DNA from: Nemertoderma westbladi
Lineage: Eukaryota > Animalia > Xenacoelomorpha
Reading direction: 5' to 3'
NCBI GenBank assembly: GCA_032718475.1
Contig: JAUCBJ010008697.1
Location: forward strand, 15,100-79,099
DNA length: 64,000 nt
The notes beneath the pieces were generated by a model. The model made no database searches. It had not been told where the DNA came from and saw nothing but the letters and a program-made list of their open reading frames with translations. This document shows, in pieces, positions 24,935 to 37,019 of this stretch. The translations under genes and the position numbers were made by a program. Every line of letters begins with the position of its first letter. Position 1 is the stretch's first letter.

Positions 24935-26933
24935 TTACAAAACTAAAATAACAACAGAGCAGTCGGTATTACTGCCCACTGTAAGGGCTGTCTCAACTAA
25001 AGTTTTAGCCATAGCCTTCCCTAGTTCCGAATTATATGTAAATTTATAACGATTCGATTGTTTGTTATCGATGTAACTAGGGGCAACCGAGGGTATTGTT
25101 ACAGCTGATTCAATGTCGGCGTCGTAGGCACTGCTACCTACGTCTTCACTGGATGTCATGGAAACGTTACTATTAATCGACTTCACTTCATCTGAAATCC
25201 TTTCTAAATTATAGCTAATTATTTCGGAATTAATTTCATCTTCAGAAACTTTTTCAGCATTTTTAATTCTTGTTTTATTCTCATCTTCAACGGAATTTGC
25301 AATAAATTCTTCCTCAACTCGTTTTAAGATATCGGCAACTTCCGCTTCGTTCAAAACTTGCCAGATCCCCTCCGTTGCTATGAGTATAAAACTTCCCTCC
25401 TCTATAGTTACAGTTGCCGCGGCAACAGTCGGTTTACAAATCAAAAGGGATTTTAATTGGCTGTCACCATAGTTACCGAGTGCCCTTGTGCATGACGTCA
25501 CACCGTTTACCAGACCCGTTACTCCGGTAACCCTAGCACCCAACCTGAGAACTCGTTCCCTCTCTAAGGAATCCCTCGTTGTGTGCGGTCGGTTTACTAT
25601 AGTTAAACTCCCTCGCCGGTACAAACTGACAACGACATCGCCTACGTTAGACACAACCAAATTAGCCGTATTATCCCCAACGTATTGGTATATTAAAGCG
25701 GTTGCCGAGCAACCGCTATGACGTAAGGCGGAAGTTTCGTCATCCCCGAATCCGATGTGCCGGTCCAACTTCCGGTAGGCTCTTCGGAACGCGGAATAAA
25801 AGACTTCACTTTTTTCCTCGTTTCTGTAATCCGTAAACCGGGGCCGATTTACATCTGCGCATCTCAACTTCTCTTTAGAGAATATCTCCAAGTTATTAGT
25901 CCGTTCGTAGTTGGCTGCGGTCACCTTCGCTCCGAGTTTTTGTAATTCCTCGTGTAAATATTTATGTAGATGGGATCCCGCAAGTCGGGAAGCGTGATTA
26001 CCCCCGTAACCGTCGTATAGGCCGGCAAACAGCCAATCAGAGCGTCCGCAATAGCCGTCTTCAATAGTCATAGAGTCCTCATTGGTTAATCTGGATGGGA
26101 TTTTAACGTTGACAACATGCGAAAACAGATGAAAATTTTGAAAAATTCTTGCATATTTATGTATAATAAATTTATCATAAAACAATTGAAATAAAGTTAT
26201 ATTAATACCATTTATTGGATAAAATTGCTTATCATTCTCGTTGTTGCTCATTGCAGCTCGTTTTGCATTTTAACTCCTACCTGTAGTTAGAAACACCGTG
26301 AATATTTCAAAAATATAATATCAACAGTTTGTTGTTACAGTAATATCTTTGTGTCTTTTTTATTTCTCCACCTATTAAATTTAAATTTACAAAAATAAAC
26401 GTTAATAAAACAATAAACGAGATTTCGTATTTTTTACATTTGGTTTTCAAACCTATCGCATGAAGTGACGGTAAAGACACATCCAACCTTTTACTGGAAT
26501 CCGAACACATTACAATATAAGAAACTCCCTCAACAGCGGGTTCCAGAATGTAACTTCTGATTGACAAATTCTTCACATCAACTCGTACATGCGGACAGTT
26601 TAAACACCTTTTAACATGTTCGTAAGCCGTATTGTGCTGCTCGACTTCATTTTGTAGTGAACTGGTATTTTCTAGAACTAATTCCTTGACAACACGTTTT
26701 CTCCGCTTACCCAATTTGGCCAGGGTATCTGGTCTCTTATCCCGCCAGTAACGCAATATCTGTAAATGTTTGTGCCAACGTTTGTGTTCTATGTAAACAC
26801 GCGCGTCTAAGTAATGTTCGCAAGTGCTGCACTTGATACTCAAACTATCAGTTAGTGGGTCGACTAAACCTACTATATCCGCTGTCTGACTTGTGAGTGC
26901 GTTACCGGTACCACATTGAGACTCAACCTCCAT
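24935..26933 (-). CDS. PP2D1: PP2C-like domain protein (PP2D1-like), 2 exons (26933-26488, 26090-24935), ~533 aa
   Basis: Exon 1 has a C2H2-like CSTCEH..EHKRWH as in PP2D1. The phase-2 intron AAAAG|GTTGGA...cccatccAG|ATTA gives MCSDSSKRLTNEDSMTIEDGY..FAGLYDGYGG, followed by SGCSATA, SNVGD, ERERV, VNG..TRALG and FILIATEGIW PP2C motifs. Confidence 0.8.
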
Positions 26934-27084
26934 TATATATGTATTTATACGATTAGTAAGCTTTTAGCGTTTTTTTTTTTCGGGCGAATATAATATTATA
27001 ACAATTAAATAATAATTAAATAAATAACCCAGTACATAAATGAATAAATAAAATATTCTACCACAGGCTCAAATATTATTATAT

Positions 27085-27097
27085 ATTGCTTGGCAAC
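27085..27097. promoter_or_regulatory. RFX X-box-like site upstream of the PP2D1-like gene
   Basis: ATTGCTTGGCAAC, ~150 bp upstream of the ATG at 26933. Confidence 0.4.
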
Positions 27098-28859
27098 CGG
27101 AAATCAACAATAATTTATTGGATACAATATTACTGTTATTGTATTAGAGGTTAATTCAACATTATTTAATTTAGTTACCCGGTGTAACAGGAATATGTTA
27201 CCAGCTGTGCTGTGCATACCGAGTAATCTTAGGTATTGGTTTATTAACACGGCTTTACAAAAGGTAATATGAATACATTCGAAATTAATATAGGTGGTTT
27301 TAAAAAAATGAGATTTTACAATTATTCGTTTATTCATAAATCACTAGAAAGGCTACCAATGTGTCATTTATGACACAAATCCGACTTTGACCATGACTCA
27401 CAAGCTACAATGTAATCGTGAGGACCCACATTTTCCGAAGTCTTACTACTTTCGAAAGTTCTACAAGCTGATGAAGTGAATTTTTTTTACAGCCATTCCT
27501 ACTATGAAAATTTTAAAAAATTACTAAAAAGGCCATAATAGAAAGAAATTATCTTATCTTACTTTTCGAGTTACAGGTGGTTTTGGATGAATAGATTGTG
27601 GTGAAATTTAGAAAATGTTTTATACTATGTTTGTCTCATATAAATTCGAATTACTTTTGCATTTCTGTGTCGGAAAATTAATACAGATCTTTCGATTGTT
27701 ATTGTTTTACAAAAATACGATTTTCTGTATCTATAAATTGCACTGCATGCTCTATACCCAGGGCATATTTGGTAGGGAAATAAAGTAACATTATGTACAG
27801 AACTAACGGTAAAGAAAGTTGAAATTAGTTGTTTGTGAAACTGATATATACAGTATGTACCAATTATATAGTGTTGGACCGCCGTTGTATAGCATACCGT
27901 CCTTTTTCTGATCTCATTACTGTACGGCCGTATGCAAAGCTGCACCATACAGGTTTGTTGTGCTCTAACAGTTGTAGTACAATGGATGTGAGTAATTCGT
28001 AGTACTGTATTTCCTCATAAAAAATAAATTAATTTTTGACGAAGACCACCTACGCCTTATTACAAATACCCCAAATCTAAATTCCTATTTGTATTACTTT
28101 ATTTACGTTTATCGAAATAATATTTAATTGTCTGCTGTGTACTTTACTTTATAGCCCTATGAAATCCGGATCCCGGACGCATTAGTGCTTAGGGTAGACT
28201 TGTGTAGATACAGTAATATAGAAGCTTTTATAGATTATATTTTTATTAGGATTATATTATAATATAGATATTTATAGCTGAGATATTTGAGGTGAATTAT
28301 TGCTTTACATATTAACTTCAGCTCCAGCCACTTTGGCAATACGATAAAACTATAATAAATATTCTAGAACACAACAATATTAACAGGGAGATAGGCTACT
28401 TATCTCTCCACTCAGACAGCCACAGATAGGGTGTGTTCCGACGCAATCAAAGTTCATCCATCTCCAGGGGAAAGACGAAGCAAATAACAGCTGATTATTT
28501 CTATAAATGTAAAGTGTTACCTGTTCTTTTGACTTTCGTTTAAATTGTTCTTTTTTAGCTCGGAGTAGACCTACTTTTTTCCCTCACTGTTTACTGTTTA
28601 CTTACTTTCCGGTTTATTATAGTATTACCAAGTCAATATGATATAATATAGACACAATAATATTATACTTATTTTTTTATTATTACTTTATGGAATAACG
28701 ATTAGAATCAATGTTATGGAACAATATATTTATAATATTTATAACATTATATTCTATTATACAGAAAATAAACGGAATATTCAGTTTCTATTTTACATAA
28801 GTTTTCACATTATTAATATTAAATATATAACGATATTCCGACGGGCTATATAACGATAT

Positions 28860-31697
28860 TCCAATTGATATGAAATTGCTATAAAACTAAATATAAAACT
28901 GCACCAGCATCCCACCACCAATCAGAACAATACAATTAAGACAATAAGGTTTAACATACAATTAAAAATGGTGCACCGTGAATTAATAATGGTCTGCGAG
29001 GTCATTCCCCCGCAGACCCGCACCATCCCCAAAGCCCAGCGCCCTCCAGGGACGCCGGCCACCACGCAAACAGAGGGAGTTGGAGCGGAGGAGCGCGAAC
29101 TGAAGCCGCCTCCGAACTCCCCCGAGAACGCAGGCTAGACCACGATCCCGCATCCCCTGCCGCCGAGCCACAAGGGTCTCAGCGAGGTGGCTGATGAAGG
29201 TATCAGTCTCCTTGCACCACACCCCATCGGTGGTTCCGACAAGGGGGGTGAAGGAGAACCTTCTATCCTCGCACACCGCGCTATAGTGCACCTTCTTGGC
29301 TCGGACTCTCTGCTCGAGGACAGAGTCCAAGGACCGGTGAGCGTATGAGGGGGCGTCGGCGTTTACGATCGCAATATCGAAAGACGCCACCCTCTGCTCG
29401 GTCCAGACTCCCCTCACCAGGAGATCAGCCCTAACTCCTCCTACCTCGCGGCCCCTTCTGTCCAGGTAGCCGGTGCACAGCGTGACTTCACGCTGCACAC
29501 ACGACCCACCAAAGGCAGAGGCGATAAGGTCCCCGAATACCTCCCGGACCTCATCGTGCCGCTTTATAATCAGGCCACCCGACTTGCAGTTCAGGGCGTG
29601 GGTTGTCGTAAACGGCTCCCCACACCCCTCACACTTCGCCGGGAGGCCGGGCGGCGTGAGGCCGTACCTCAGCGCGAGGTTGTCGCGGAACACCTCCGGG
29701 GCCAGGTCGGTGTTATCGACCACGGAGGGCTGCGCCGACAGCCACCCACCCGTCTTGTGGGACACCGTACGGTCCACAGTACGGCGCCTTTCGGCCGGGA
29801 CGGATTGGATGGTGGACTCCATCGCTGCCTTATAGGCGGCGTCCTGGGCGACACGACTCGCAGCCAACGCGGAGGCGAGGCAGGCGGAGTGGTCAGCGAC
29901 GTTAAGGGGACAACCAGTCAGTCATCAGTGCCTCGACCACCCCAGCAGTCCCAGATAGCGACGCCTCCCTCGCGTGACCCCTCCGCATCAGGGGGTCCCG
30001 GATCCCGATCCCACCATGGCGGACAGGAAGGAGGATGAGCTCCTCATCCACAGAACTGGGGGAAGTCCCAAAGAGGGCCGGGATGAAGCGCCGCAACAGC
30101 TCCTGGCGGATTGGCACCAGATCCTCGTCCCTTGTCTCCACCACCCGGAGCAGGTAGTCCCACTCCGCCTGGATGCAGTGGGACATACCAGTGTGGGCGG
30201 TCTGCGGGTACTCCACAGCCACCTCGGAGAGCTGGGCGATACTCGCAACCCACCCCGCCACTTTCTCCGCTATGAACTCCCGCAGTCCCTGGGAGTCCCC
30301 CACGTAACCACCGAGGAAACGGTGGCCGGATACGATCCGGACTCCAGAATCCCCGAACACCTCCGTCGCCCTCCTCGCGTACTCCGGTTTCACAACAAGG
30401 TAGCTCTTCGCGGGTTCCGGTTTGTAGCCAATTCGGGGTCCACAGTGGCGCAGCTCCTCCCACCATTCCCACACTCCGGCGACGGACCCCGCAGACGAGG
30501 CGTCATCAGCGTACCAACACTGCTTTTGCCAGCAGGTGGTACTTACAGGTGGCTGGTCTCTGGGTGGTGGGTAGCAGGGTTGCGTGTTGACGGGTAGTGG
30601 GTCTCTGGGTGGTGTATCGGCGGATAGTGGGTCTCTGGGTCGCGGGTCGCAGGGTGGCGGGTCTCTGTGTGGCGGGTGCCTCGTTGGCGGATCACCGAGT
30701 CTGAGTGGCGGGTCGCAGGGTGGCGTGTCGCCGGATGGCGGGTCGCCGGGTGGCGGGTCGCCGGGTGGCGGGTCGATGGGTGGCGTGTCGCAGGGTGGCG
30801 GGTCGACAGCTGGTGGGTCGCCAGGTGGCGGGTGGCTGGGTGGCGGGTCGCCGAGTAGGGGGTCGAAGGGTGGCGTGTCGCCGGGTGGCGGGTCGCAGGG
30901 TGGCTGGTCTCCGGGTGGCGGTTCGCCAGAATGCGGGTCGTCTGACGACGGATCTCTGGATTTCTGGTCGCCGGATTGCGGGACGCCAGACGACGGGTCT
31001 CTGGGTGGCGGATCGCTGGATGGCGGGTCACCGGGTGGCGGATCACTGAGTCTGAGTGGCAGGTTGCAGGGTGATGGATCGCTAGGGGGCGTTAGCGATC
31101 CGACTTCCCTCAGCGAGTGGACCATGGGGAGAGTCCCACAGCCGTAGCCCAGCATTGCGGCCGGGTCGCCCTGCGTATAGCCCTCCCTACTCCACAGTGG
31201 TTTGCTAGACCCCTGTAGGTAGAGGGCTGCGTGGCCGTTATAAGCGTTATACAGGTACCGGGAGCACCGGTGCCAGTAAACGCGCGCGTTCCACAAGGCC
31301 ACAGGGCGACTCAGGCTGTTGAAGGCATTTGCGGCATCAACGAGGAGCATACACTCGGTGGAGGGTTGCTCAAACATCGCCGACATCGCGTGGACCGCGC
31401 CTTCAATCCCAGCATTCACTCCCGCACAGAGCTGGTCCGCCCCACACTCTGTTATAAAGTCCATTTTAGTGGCCGAGGTGAGGCAGTTCGTGGTGAGCCG
31501 GTACAGAACTTCACCGATCCCGATCGGCCGGACGCCAGGCTCCTTGTCGATAGCGACGAGGCGGCACGCTCGGAGCGCCCGGATTTCCCCCCACGGGACC
31601 ACCGAGTTGGCGAGGCGTCGAGCCAACCCAGCAACTGCCTCGCGGAGGCGGGAGCTGTGCGCCTCGTAGCGGGTGAGGAGGGCACTCCACTCCACAC
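28860..31697 (-). mobile_element. CRE-clade non-LTR retrotransposon (RT + CCHC + restriction-like endonuclease), 5'-truncated, one frameshift near 29900
   Basis: ORF 29902-31695: RLVAIDK..VRPIGIGE, QLCAG..GIEGAVHA, VDAANAFNSL, QGDP, WYADD, FLGG. ORF 28983-29867: GWL, CEGCG..HALNC..RHDEV, RADL..FDI..KK.HY..FTPLV. Much more GC-rich than its surroundings. Confidence 0.88.
30545..31100 (-). repeat. 15-bp GC-rich minisatellite (ccgccacccggcgac; PPGDP) in frame inside the CRE RT
   Basis: Roughly 35 degenerate units with occasional 21-bp variants; the reading frame stays open across the array. Confidence 0.9.
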
Positions 31698-33260
31698 ATT
31701 ATTACGTATCAAAACTTCACTAAATTCCGAAGTAATAACACATCCATTATTGCCGCGATCGGACCAATTAAAATTCGGATAATTAAAATCCCCTACAATA
31801 ATAGTAGGGTGTGCAACATCACATAACCAATCCATTAAACTACATGTTAAACTATTGTATCTATACAACGAGGTTCTATCCTTGTAACAAGTATCAGGTG
31901 GCCTGTATATACAGGCAAATCGCACTTTATCACCCGCGTTGCTGTCGAGAATGACGCATTCGACTTCGCTAAACTTCTCAGGAATTTGCACCTCTAAGGG
32001 TTGGAGAGACCGTTTGCAGATTAGTGCTGCTCCACCCATAGAACGGTCAGATCGATCGCAACGGAATATCTCGTAGACATCTTGATAGACACCTAGAACA
32101 GCAGAGTCTGGGGTTGGTGGGTGTAGATCAGTTTCAGTTAGTCCAATGACAGAGTATTTACAAGAAGTTAGCATAACATCAAGCTCAGATTGTTTAGCAA
32201 CACTCCCGAGGGATTGGACATTTGTGTAGTAGCAAAGATAATCGCTTGTACAATTAGGAGTTTCATTTCTCATTGTTCCTAAATATGTGATGTCTCCGTG
32301 TTCCCGTTTTCCGATTGATCAGGAGATCGACTACCAGATACATCCCCTGGGGTTTCAGATTCCTGAGAGACAGAGACGTCGGAGATTCTAGAGACCTGGG
32401 GACTAGTTACCATTTGTACGGGAATGTTGTAATGCGCAGTTGTCCCTGATTTCCTTGGTACTGTTCTATTTCCAACAGATTTCCTAGCTGTTGGAGTTTT
32501 ACGTCGGGTTTCGACATGATGTTTGGCAGCAAGATACTCTGCCTCGTTCAACTGGACTCTAGAACTCCAATCAATTTTTCCAGTGTCCTGTCTTGTTCGG
32601 AGTGAGTAGGTTCCATCGCGCGAATCATAAACTACTGATAGCTGATGCGCAGATTGCATCGCAGATGGCGAAATCCTGGAGAGATATACGTGGGCTCGAA
32701 GAATATCTCTATGTTGCCTAGCACTGGAGGATATGTCTGGCCGAATAAAAATTCGTTTGAATTCATTGCTTGAAGATAGAGTACGACACTTAGAGAGCAC
32801 CAAATCAGCTTCAGGAGAAGTCGAAAATGTCACTTCAACCAATCCCGGATTCCTCTGTATTTGGGATTTCTTGAGTCGCCGAAGATTAAAGGATTTCACT
32901 GAACTACAGTTAATATGATTTAGCACCCGGGTGAAGTACGCATTGTCAGCGTCCTTGCTGTCAGAGTCTGGCATGTTCTCAACATAGACAGTCTTTGCTA
33001 CTTCTTGGGATTGTGCGTTAGATCTCAAGGCATTTTCCACACATACTTGTATTTTCTCCTCCAGGTTATGTGCGCGCAGAGGAGTGGCCGTGGAGCTATC
33101 CTCGTTGGACTGGACTGTAACTGAGGGTTTCTTTCTCTTATTATTATTGCGAGATTGTTGTTTCTTCCAGGAGGAAGCTGCCTCAGTTGATTTCGTATTA
33201 CTGTCTTCAAGCATTTATATTAAATAATTAAAATTATTACAGAGATGTTCAGATGTAACG
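31698..33260 (-). mobile_element. 5' half of a CR1/L2-group LINE: ORF1 (32279-33214) plus truncated APE endonuclease (32273-31698)
   Basis: ORF1 has RRM-like VYVENMPD..PGLVEVTF..RIFIRPDI. ORF2 start: YTNVQSL, IGLTET, FRCDR..GGAAL, IYRPP, IVGDFNYP. It breaks off before the PTR/LDL/SDH motifs. Confidence 0.85.
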
Positions 33261-33622
33261 ATGTCAAAATTAGCGGTACCATGTTACAGTATTAGTATTC
33301 CAATTGATATAAGATAAAGATTATACTACTTATTATATGACAAATTAATTCTTCTATACAACTCTGTAACACTCGGTAAATATGCAACCATACTTTTCTT
33401 TACTCGATTTTCCAATCAATATTTCATTATTTATTTCATTCATAAGACAAAAATAAATGCTATACTATTTAAAAGGCAAAGGCTATACTACTTATAAGGA
33501 AAATGCTATACTAATTATAAGACAAATGATACGGCTACACTACTTATAAGGCAAAGACTGTGACATTAAGACATTCGATTATTTATGGCAGCAGTTTAGT
33601 ACCATACTCTTATTTTATATGA

Positions 33623-33689
33623 GAGTCCATGCTGGGCTCTAACTGGATGGCACTTTCACAAGAATGCTGCGCCGGGTTCATTGTGTCAA
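33623..33689 (+). mobile_element. Tiny RTE fragment
   Basis: gagtccatgctgggctctaact..gatggcactttcacaagaatgctgcgccgggttcattgtgtcaa matches 42731-42818 with an internal deletion. Confidence 0.75.
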
Positions 33690-34079
33690 TGTCCGTCAAT
33701 AAAAAGTAAATTATCTGTCTAAAATAATTCCCTATATGGGTTTTCGTGGTCGTTGACTTCAATTCTGATTTCGTGAATTTGGTACCGGTAGCGCGGTAGG
33801 CCTAGCAGTTCATTCTGTCACTCTACATGTTGGGTCTCGACTATTATGCTACTTTTTGATGCGCATCTACGTGATGCAGACTGCCCCGAGCACATGGACG
33901 CGAAACGTCGTTATCGAGGCGAATTTTATACATCATTTATGTGTGAATGCGTATTTGTGGTCAAATTGGGCTATTATTCCATGACCATTTTCAGCCAAAT
34001 TTGTCAACCAGCAGGAAACTCTATAACAGCGGTTGCACCAACAGACTCAATCTGTTCTAAATGATACTTTGCAGATACG

Positions 34080-34716
34080 TTCCTGACCATAGACTTTGTG
34101 TTTGGGAAGACACTGATCAATCTGCAGTTCTCCAGTCTGCCGCTAGGGGGCGAAATGTCAGAAACTGAAAACCTTCTTCCATTTCGTTATTAGTAATGCC
34201 TTTTAGCTGATACGTGGCAGAGGTCTACTACACCATAGACTGCGTGTTTGTGGAAAACTCTGACCAATCTGCGATTTCTCAGTCTGCCGCTAGAGGGTGA
34301 AATGTCTCAAGTTAAATCCTTCTCCCATTTCGTTGTTTCTAATGCTTTTTTGCTTATACTTGGGAAAGGCATGCTTGACCATAGGCTGTTTGTATGGGGA
34401 GGACGCCAACCAGATATTCTGCGGATTTCCAGTCTACTGCTAGGATGCGAAATATCTGAATCTGAAAAGTAAAAACATTCTCACATTTATTTATTAAAAA
34501 TGTTTTTACGCTGATAATTGTCAGAGGTCTACTGTACTACAATCATAAGGCTGCATCTATGTGAAGGACATTGAGCAGTGTAGATATCTGAAAAGTAAAA
34601 CAGCATCAGTCCTTGTGTGAAGTTTTGTTAAGTTAATTAATTAATTAATGTTTGGAATGGTGAATAGGCTTGTGAACTAGAAAGCCGTGGCCCGAAGGGC
34701 CACTGGCTTTCTAGTA
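34080..34716 (+). mobile_element. Helentron/HINE-like element: ~145-bp degenerate tandem units ending in a strong hairpin
   Basis: Three to four diverged units beginning accatag(a/g)c at ~34086, 34230 and 34378, followed by the hairpin actagaaagcc-gtggccc-gaa-gggccac-t-ggctttctagt (34677-34715). Confidence 0.5.
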
Positions 34717-35182
34717 TATATTATATATTAATAATCTGACAATACCCATACCACATTATGTACAGCTTATAATAATACAGCCATTCGGCTGCTTTTCAAC
34801 ATCCCTAGGATGATGGCTGATGAGAATACTCGCACGAGTATGTCACTAACTTGTAGCCAACTAATATGTCAATAAACATATATATATAGCCAACTCGGCT
34901 TACCAACGTTTGTCCACGTCAGAGCCTGGGCTATTGAAAGCCTTGCTAAGCGCGCAAACCTGTGCAAAGTTCTGTCGTTTGTGCTATAATATATATTATA
35001 TAATATATTATATTATTATATATATATAATACGTTATTGTGTAATTATAATTATATAGAGTACATTACTTAATTATTGTACTAAGTGTTGTGAGTCTCTA
35101 TATATAATATATGCTATCTATATGGCGAATTAAAACTTAATAATAATAATAATGTAGTTAATAGTTAACAATAGTAGATTCG

Positions 35183-36274
35183 CTAAACTCTGATCTTCAT
35201 TTCTATTTTCTCCATCGGGACCAAACTCTCAGGGTTAGTGAATGTGAGCCAATAAGTTCCCTCCCAACCCTCCCTACCGTAGACGCCGTTTAGATTGGAG
35301 CGGCTGCACGACCGATACCACCAAGCCCCTCTGCGGGAGTCGGCGGCGCAGTTTCCGGACCAAGCATCGTTATCGCGATCATAGGTTGAGAACGGTTGTC
35401 CATTGTTAACCCCACCGGGACTCCCGCGAAGTATCGAATCACCAGCTGTACCACTGTACCCAGATATTTGTAGTTTATAGTTATCAGTAGAATCACCGAT
35501 ACTGAAGTAATTATACTCGGCGTACTTGTGTTCTCCTCGGGACCAAAGATCGATCCTCAGTTTCACTCCGGCTTTGGTAAGTTTGTGGATGTCGTCTAAA
35601 CCCAGAAAAAACTCGCTCTCCACCTTACCAAAGCCGGTAGTATAACTGATCCATTCGCGAAAGAATTCTTCTGATCCATCTTCCCGCCTCTGTATGACAA
35701 TCCACGGACCTCCAGGGACTGAGTTGTCGCATCTAATGACCCCATTTAGTCCATTAGTATGGCTGACGAAGGTGATGGAACCTACTTCGGTATTTAAACA
35801 AACCAACACGAGATGAAGCTGCAACAACATTTCCTCTAACTCGTCATTTCTTTCCTTTAGATCCCCAATACTTTCCATGACATGATTATTTTGTATTGTA
35901 ATCTGGTCTTTTATTTCTTTATTATGATTATTTTGTATTGTAATCTGGTCTTTTATTTCTTTATTATGATTATTTTGAATTGTAATCTGGTCTTTTATTT
36001 CTTTATTGTTCTTGTTAGACATCATAACGAACAATGTTGATAGTGCCGCTGTTACTAACAACACTACCAAGATCCCTCCAACAACCCCGACCCACCATCT
36101 CCTAACTGAAACAACTCGTCTCTTAGTAACTGATTTATTGTCACCTTCACTATTCTGTGACGGATTAGCAGGAATCACGTTCTCTGGAATAACTTCATAG
36201 ACACCTTCCGTCGTCCCTGGAAATTCTTCCAGTCGGATTTCTGAATTAATATAACCACCGCCTTGTTGATCCAT
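35183..36274 (-). CDS. Type II transmembrane fibrinogen-related domain (FReD) protein, FIBCD1/ficolin-like, intronless, 363 aa
   Basis: Cytoplasmic N-terminus, TM segment (WWVGVVGGILVVLLVTAALSTLFVMM), 3x14-aa stalk repeat, and FReD motifs WIVIQRR.DGS..F.R.W..Y..GFG..EFFLGL, FSTYDRDND..NCA..GAWWY..C..SNLNG and EMKIR. Confidence 0.92.
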   Translation of the reverse strand: MDQQGGGYINSEIRLEEFPGTTEGVYEVIPENVIPANPSQNSEGDNKSVTKRRVVSVRRWWVGVVGGILVVLLVTAALSTLFVMMSNKNNKEIKDQITIQNNHNKEIKDQITIQNNHNKEIKDQITIQNNHVMESIGDLKERNDELEEMLLQLHLVLVCLNTEVGSITFVSHTNGLNGVIRCDNSVPGGPWIVIQRREDGSEEFFREWISYTTGFGKVESEFFLGLDDIHKLTKAGVKLRIDLWSRGEHKYAEYNYFSIGDSTDNYKLQISGYSGTAGDSILRGSPGGVNNGQPFSTYDRDNDAWSGNCAADSRRGAWWYRSCSRSNLNGVYGREGWEGTYWLTFTNPESLVPMEKIEMKIRV

Positions 36275-37019
36275 GTTGTAGATGAGTTAATGATTGATTG
36301 ATCAGATAGTACAATGGCAAAGTTATAGCTTAAACTAGTCGACTTTAATAATCTTGATTTAAAAAAACTAATAAATGTTTCGATAGTTTTATGAATTATA
36401 ATAATTTGTATTCTAACTTTACAATAATTAGTAATAAATTACAACTTGTTCGTTAACTGTATGACCAAAATATGAAGGATTATTGTTTTGTTGACTAAGT
36501 AACCACCGCCAAACCGCTGACCTAATCCTTCAGTTTTCTAAGCCTTTCATATAATACAGTTAAATATTGGCAGAAATTATATTTAATACCAATGGAGGTG
36601 AATTACATTATTTTACTGGGGCCAACAAACGTATACCATTACTATAGAATTGATCCCTACTATAAAGTTATAACTAACTACTAACTAACATACGAGAGGG
36701 AATTCACAATAATGTTACTGGAGCCAAGAACTTGCCCATCTTTGTAAATACTTTTCTAATTCTTAGTAGGTGAACAAACATTGTTAATGGATAAACTAGC
36801 GGCCCCAATAATACGTGATATAAACGAATTAATATAACAAAAATGTTAGTGGTTCATATAGGAAGGAAATAAAATTAATGTCGATTTATCAATGAAAAAT
36901 TTAGAAAAGTTACAATATATGTCGATATTCAATTGCCTGAGTTTCAGCAGCATGTTTCTAATTATTTGCCAATAAATAATAAATAACACAAGCGAACAAA
37001 TATTATTACTAGCTGGAAT

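Noticed and set aside
26091-26487. ORF-track termini of the two PP2C ORFs, and a candidate exon starting at 26280
   Set aside because: These stretches are AT-rich intron read-through; the ctaactacag acceptor at 26281 leads to stops in all three frames.
29473-31782. Many overlapping ORFs in both strands (WRVAG, RHPAT, GGGSP repeats)
   Set aside because: They are shadow frames of a GC-rich RT gene and its minisatellite.
28983-33214. Intact Dualen-type APE+RT+RLE single ORF
   Set aside because: The APE is truncated, the junction is out of frame and there is a sharp compositional break. It is reported only as a chimera.
34815-34850. Other CTGATGA/CTGAAGA hammerhead-core matches (also ~2961, ~27468, ~54050)
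   Set aside because: No stem II plus GAAA or stem I/III pairing could be built.
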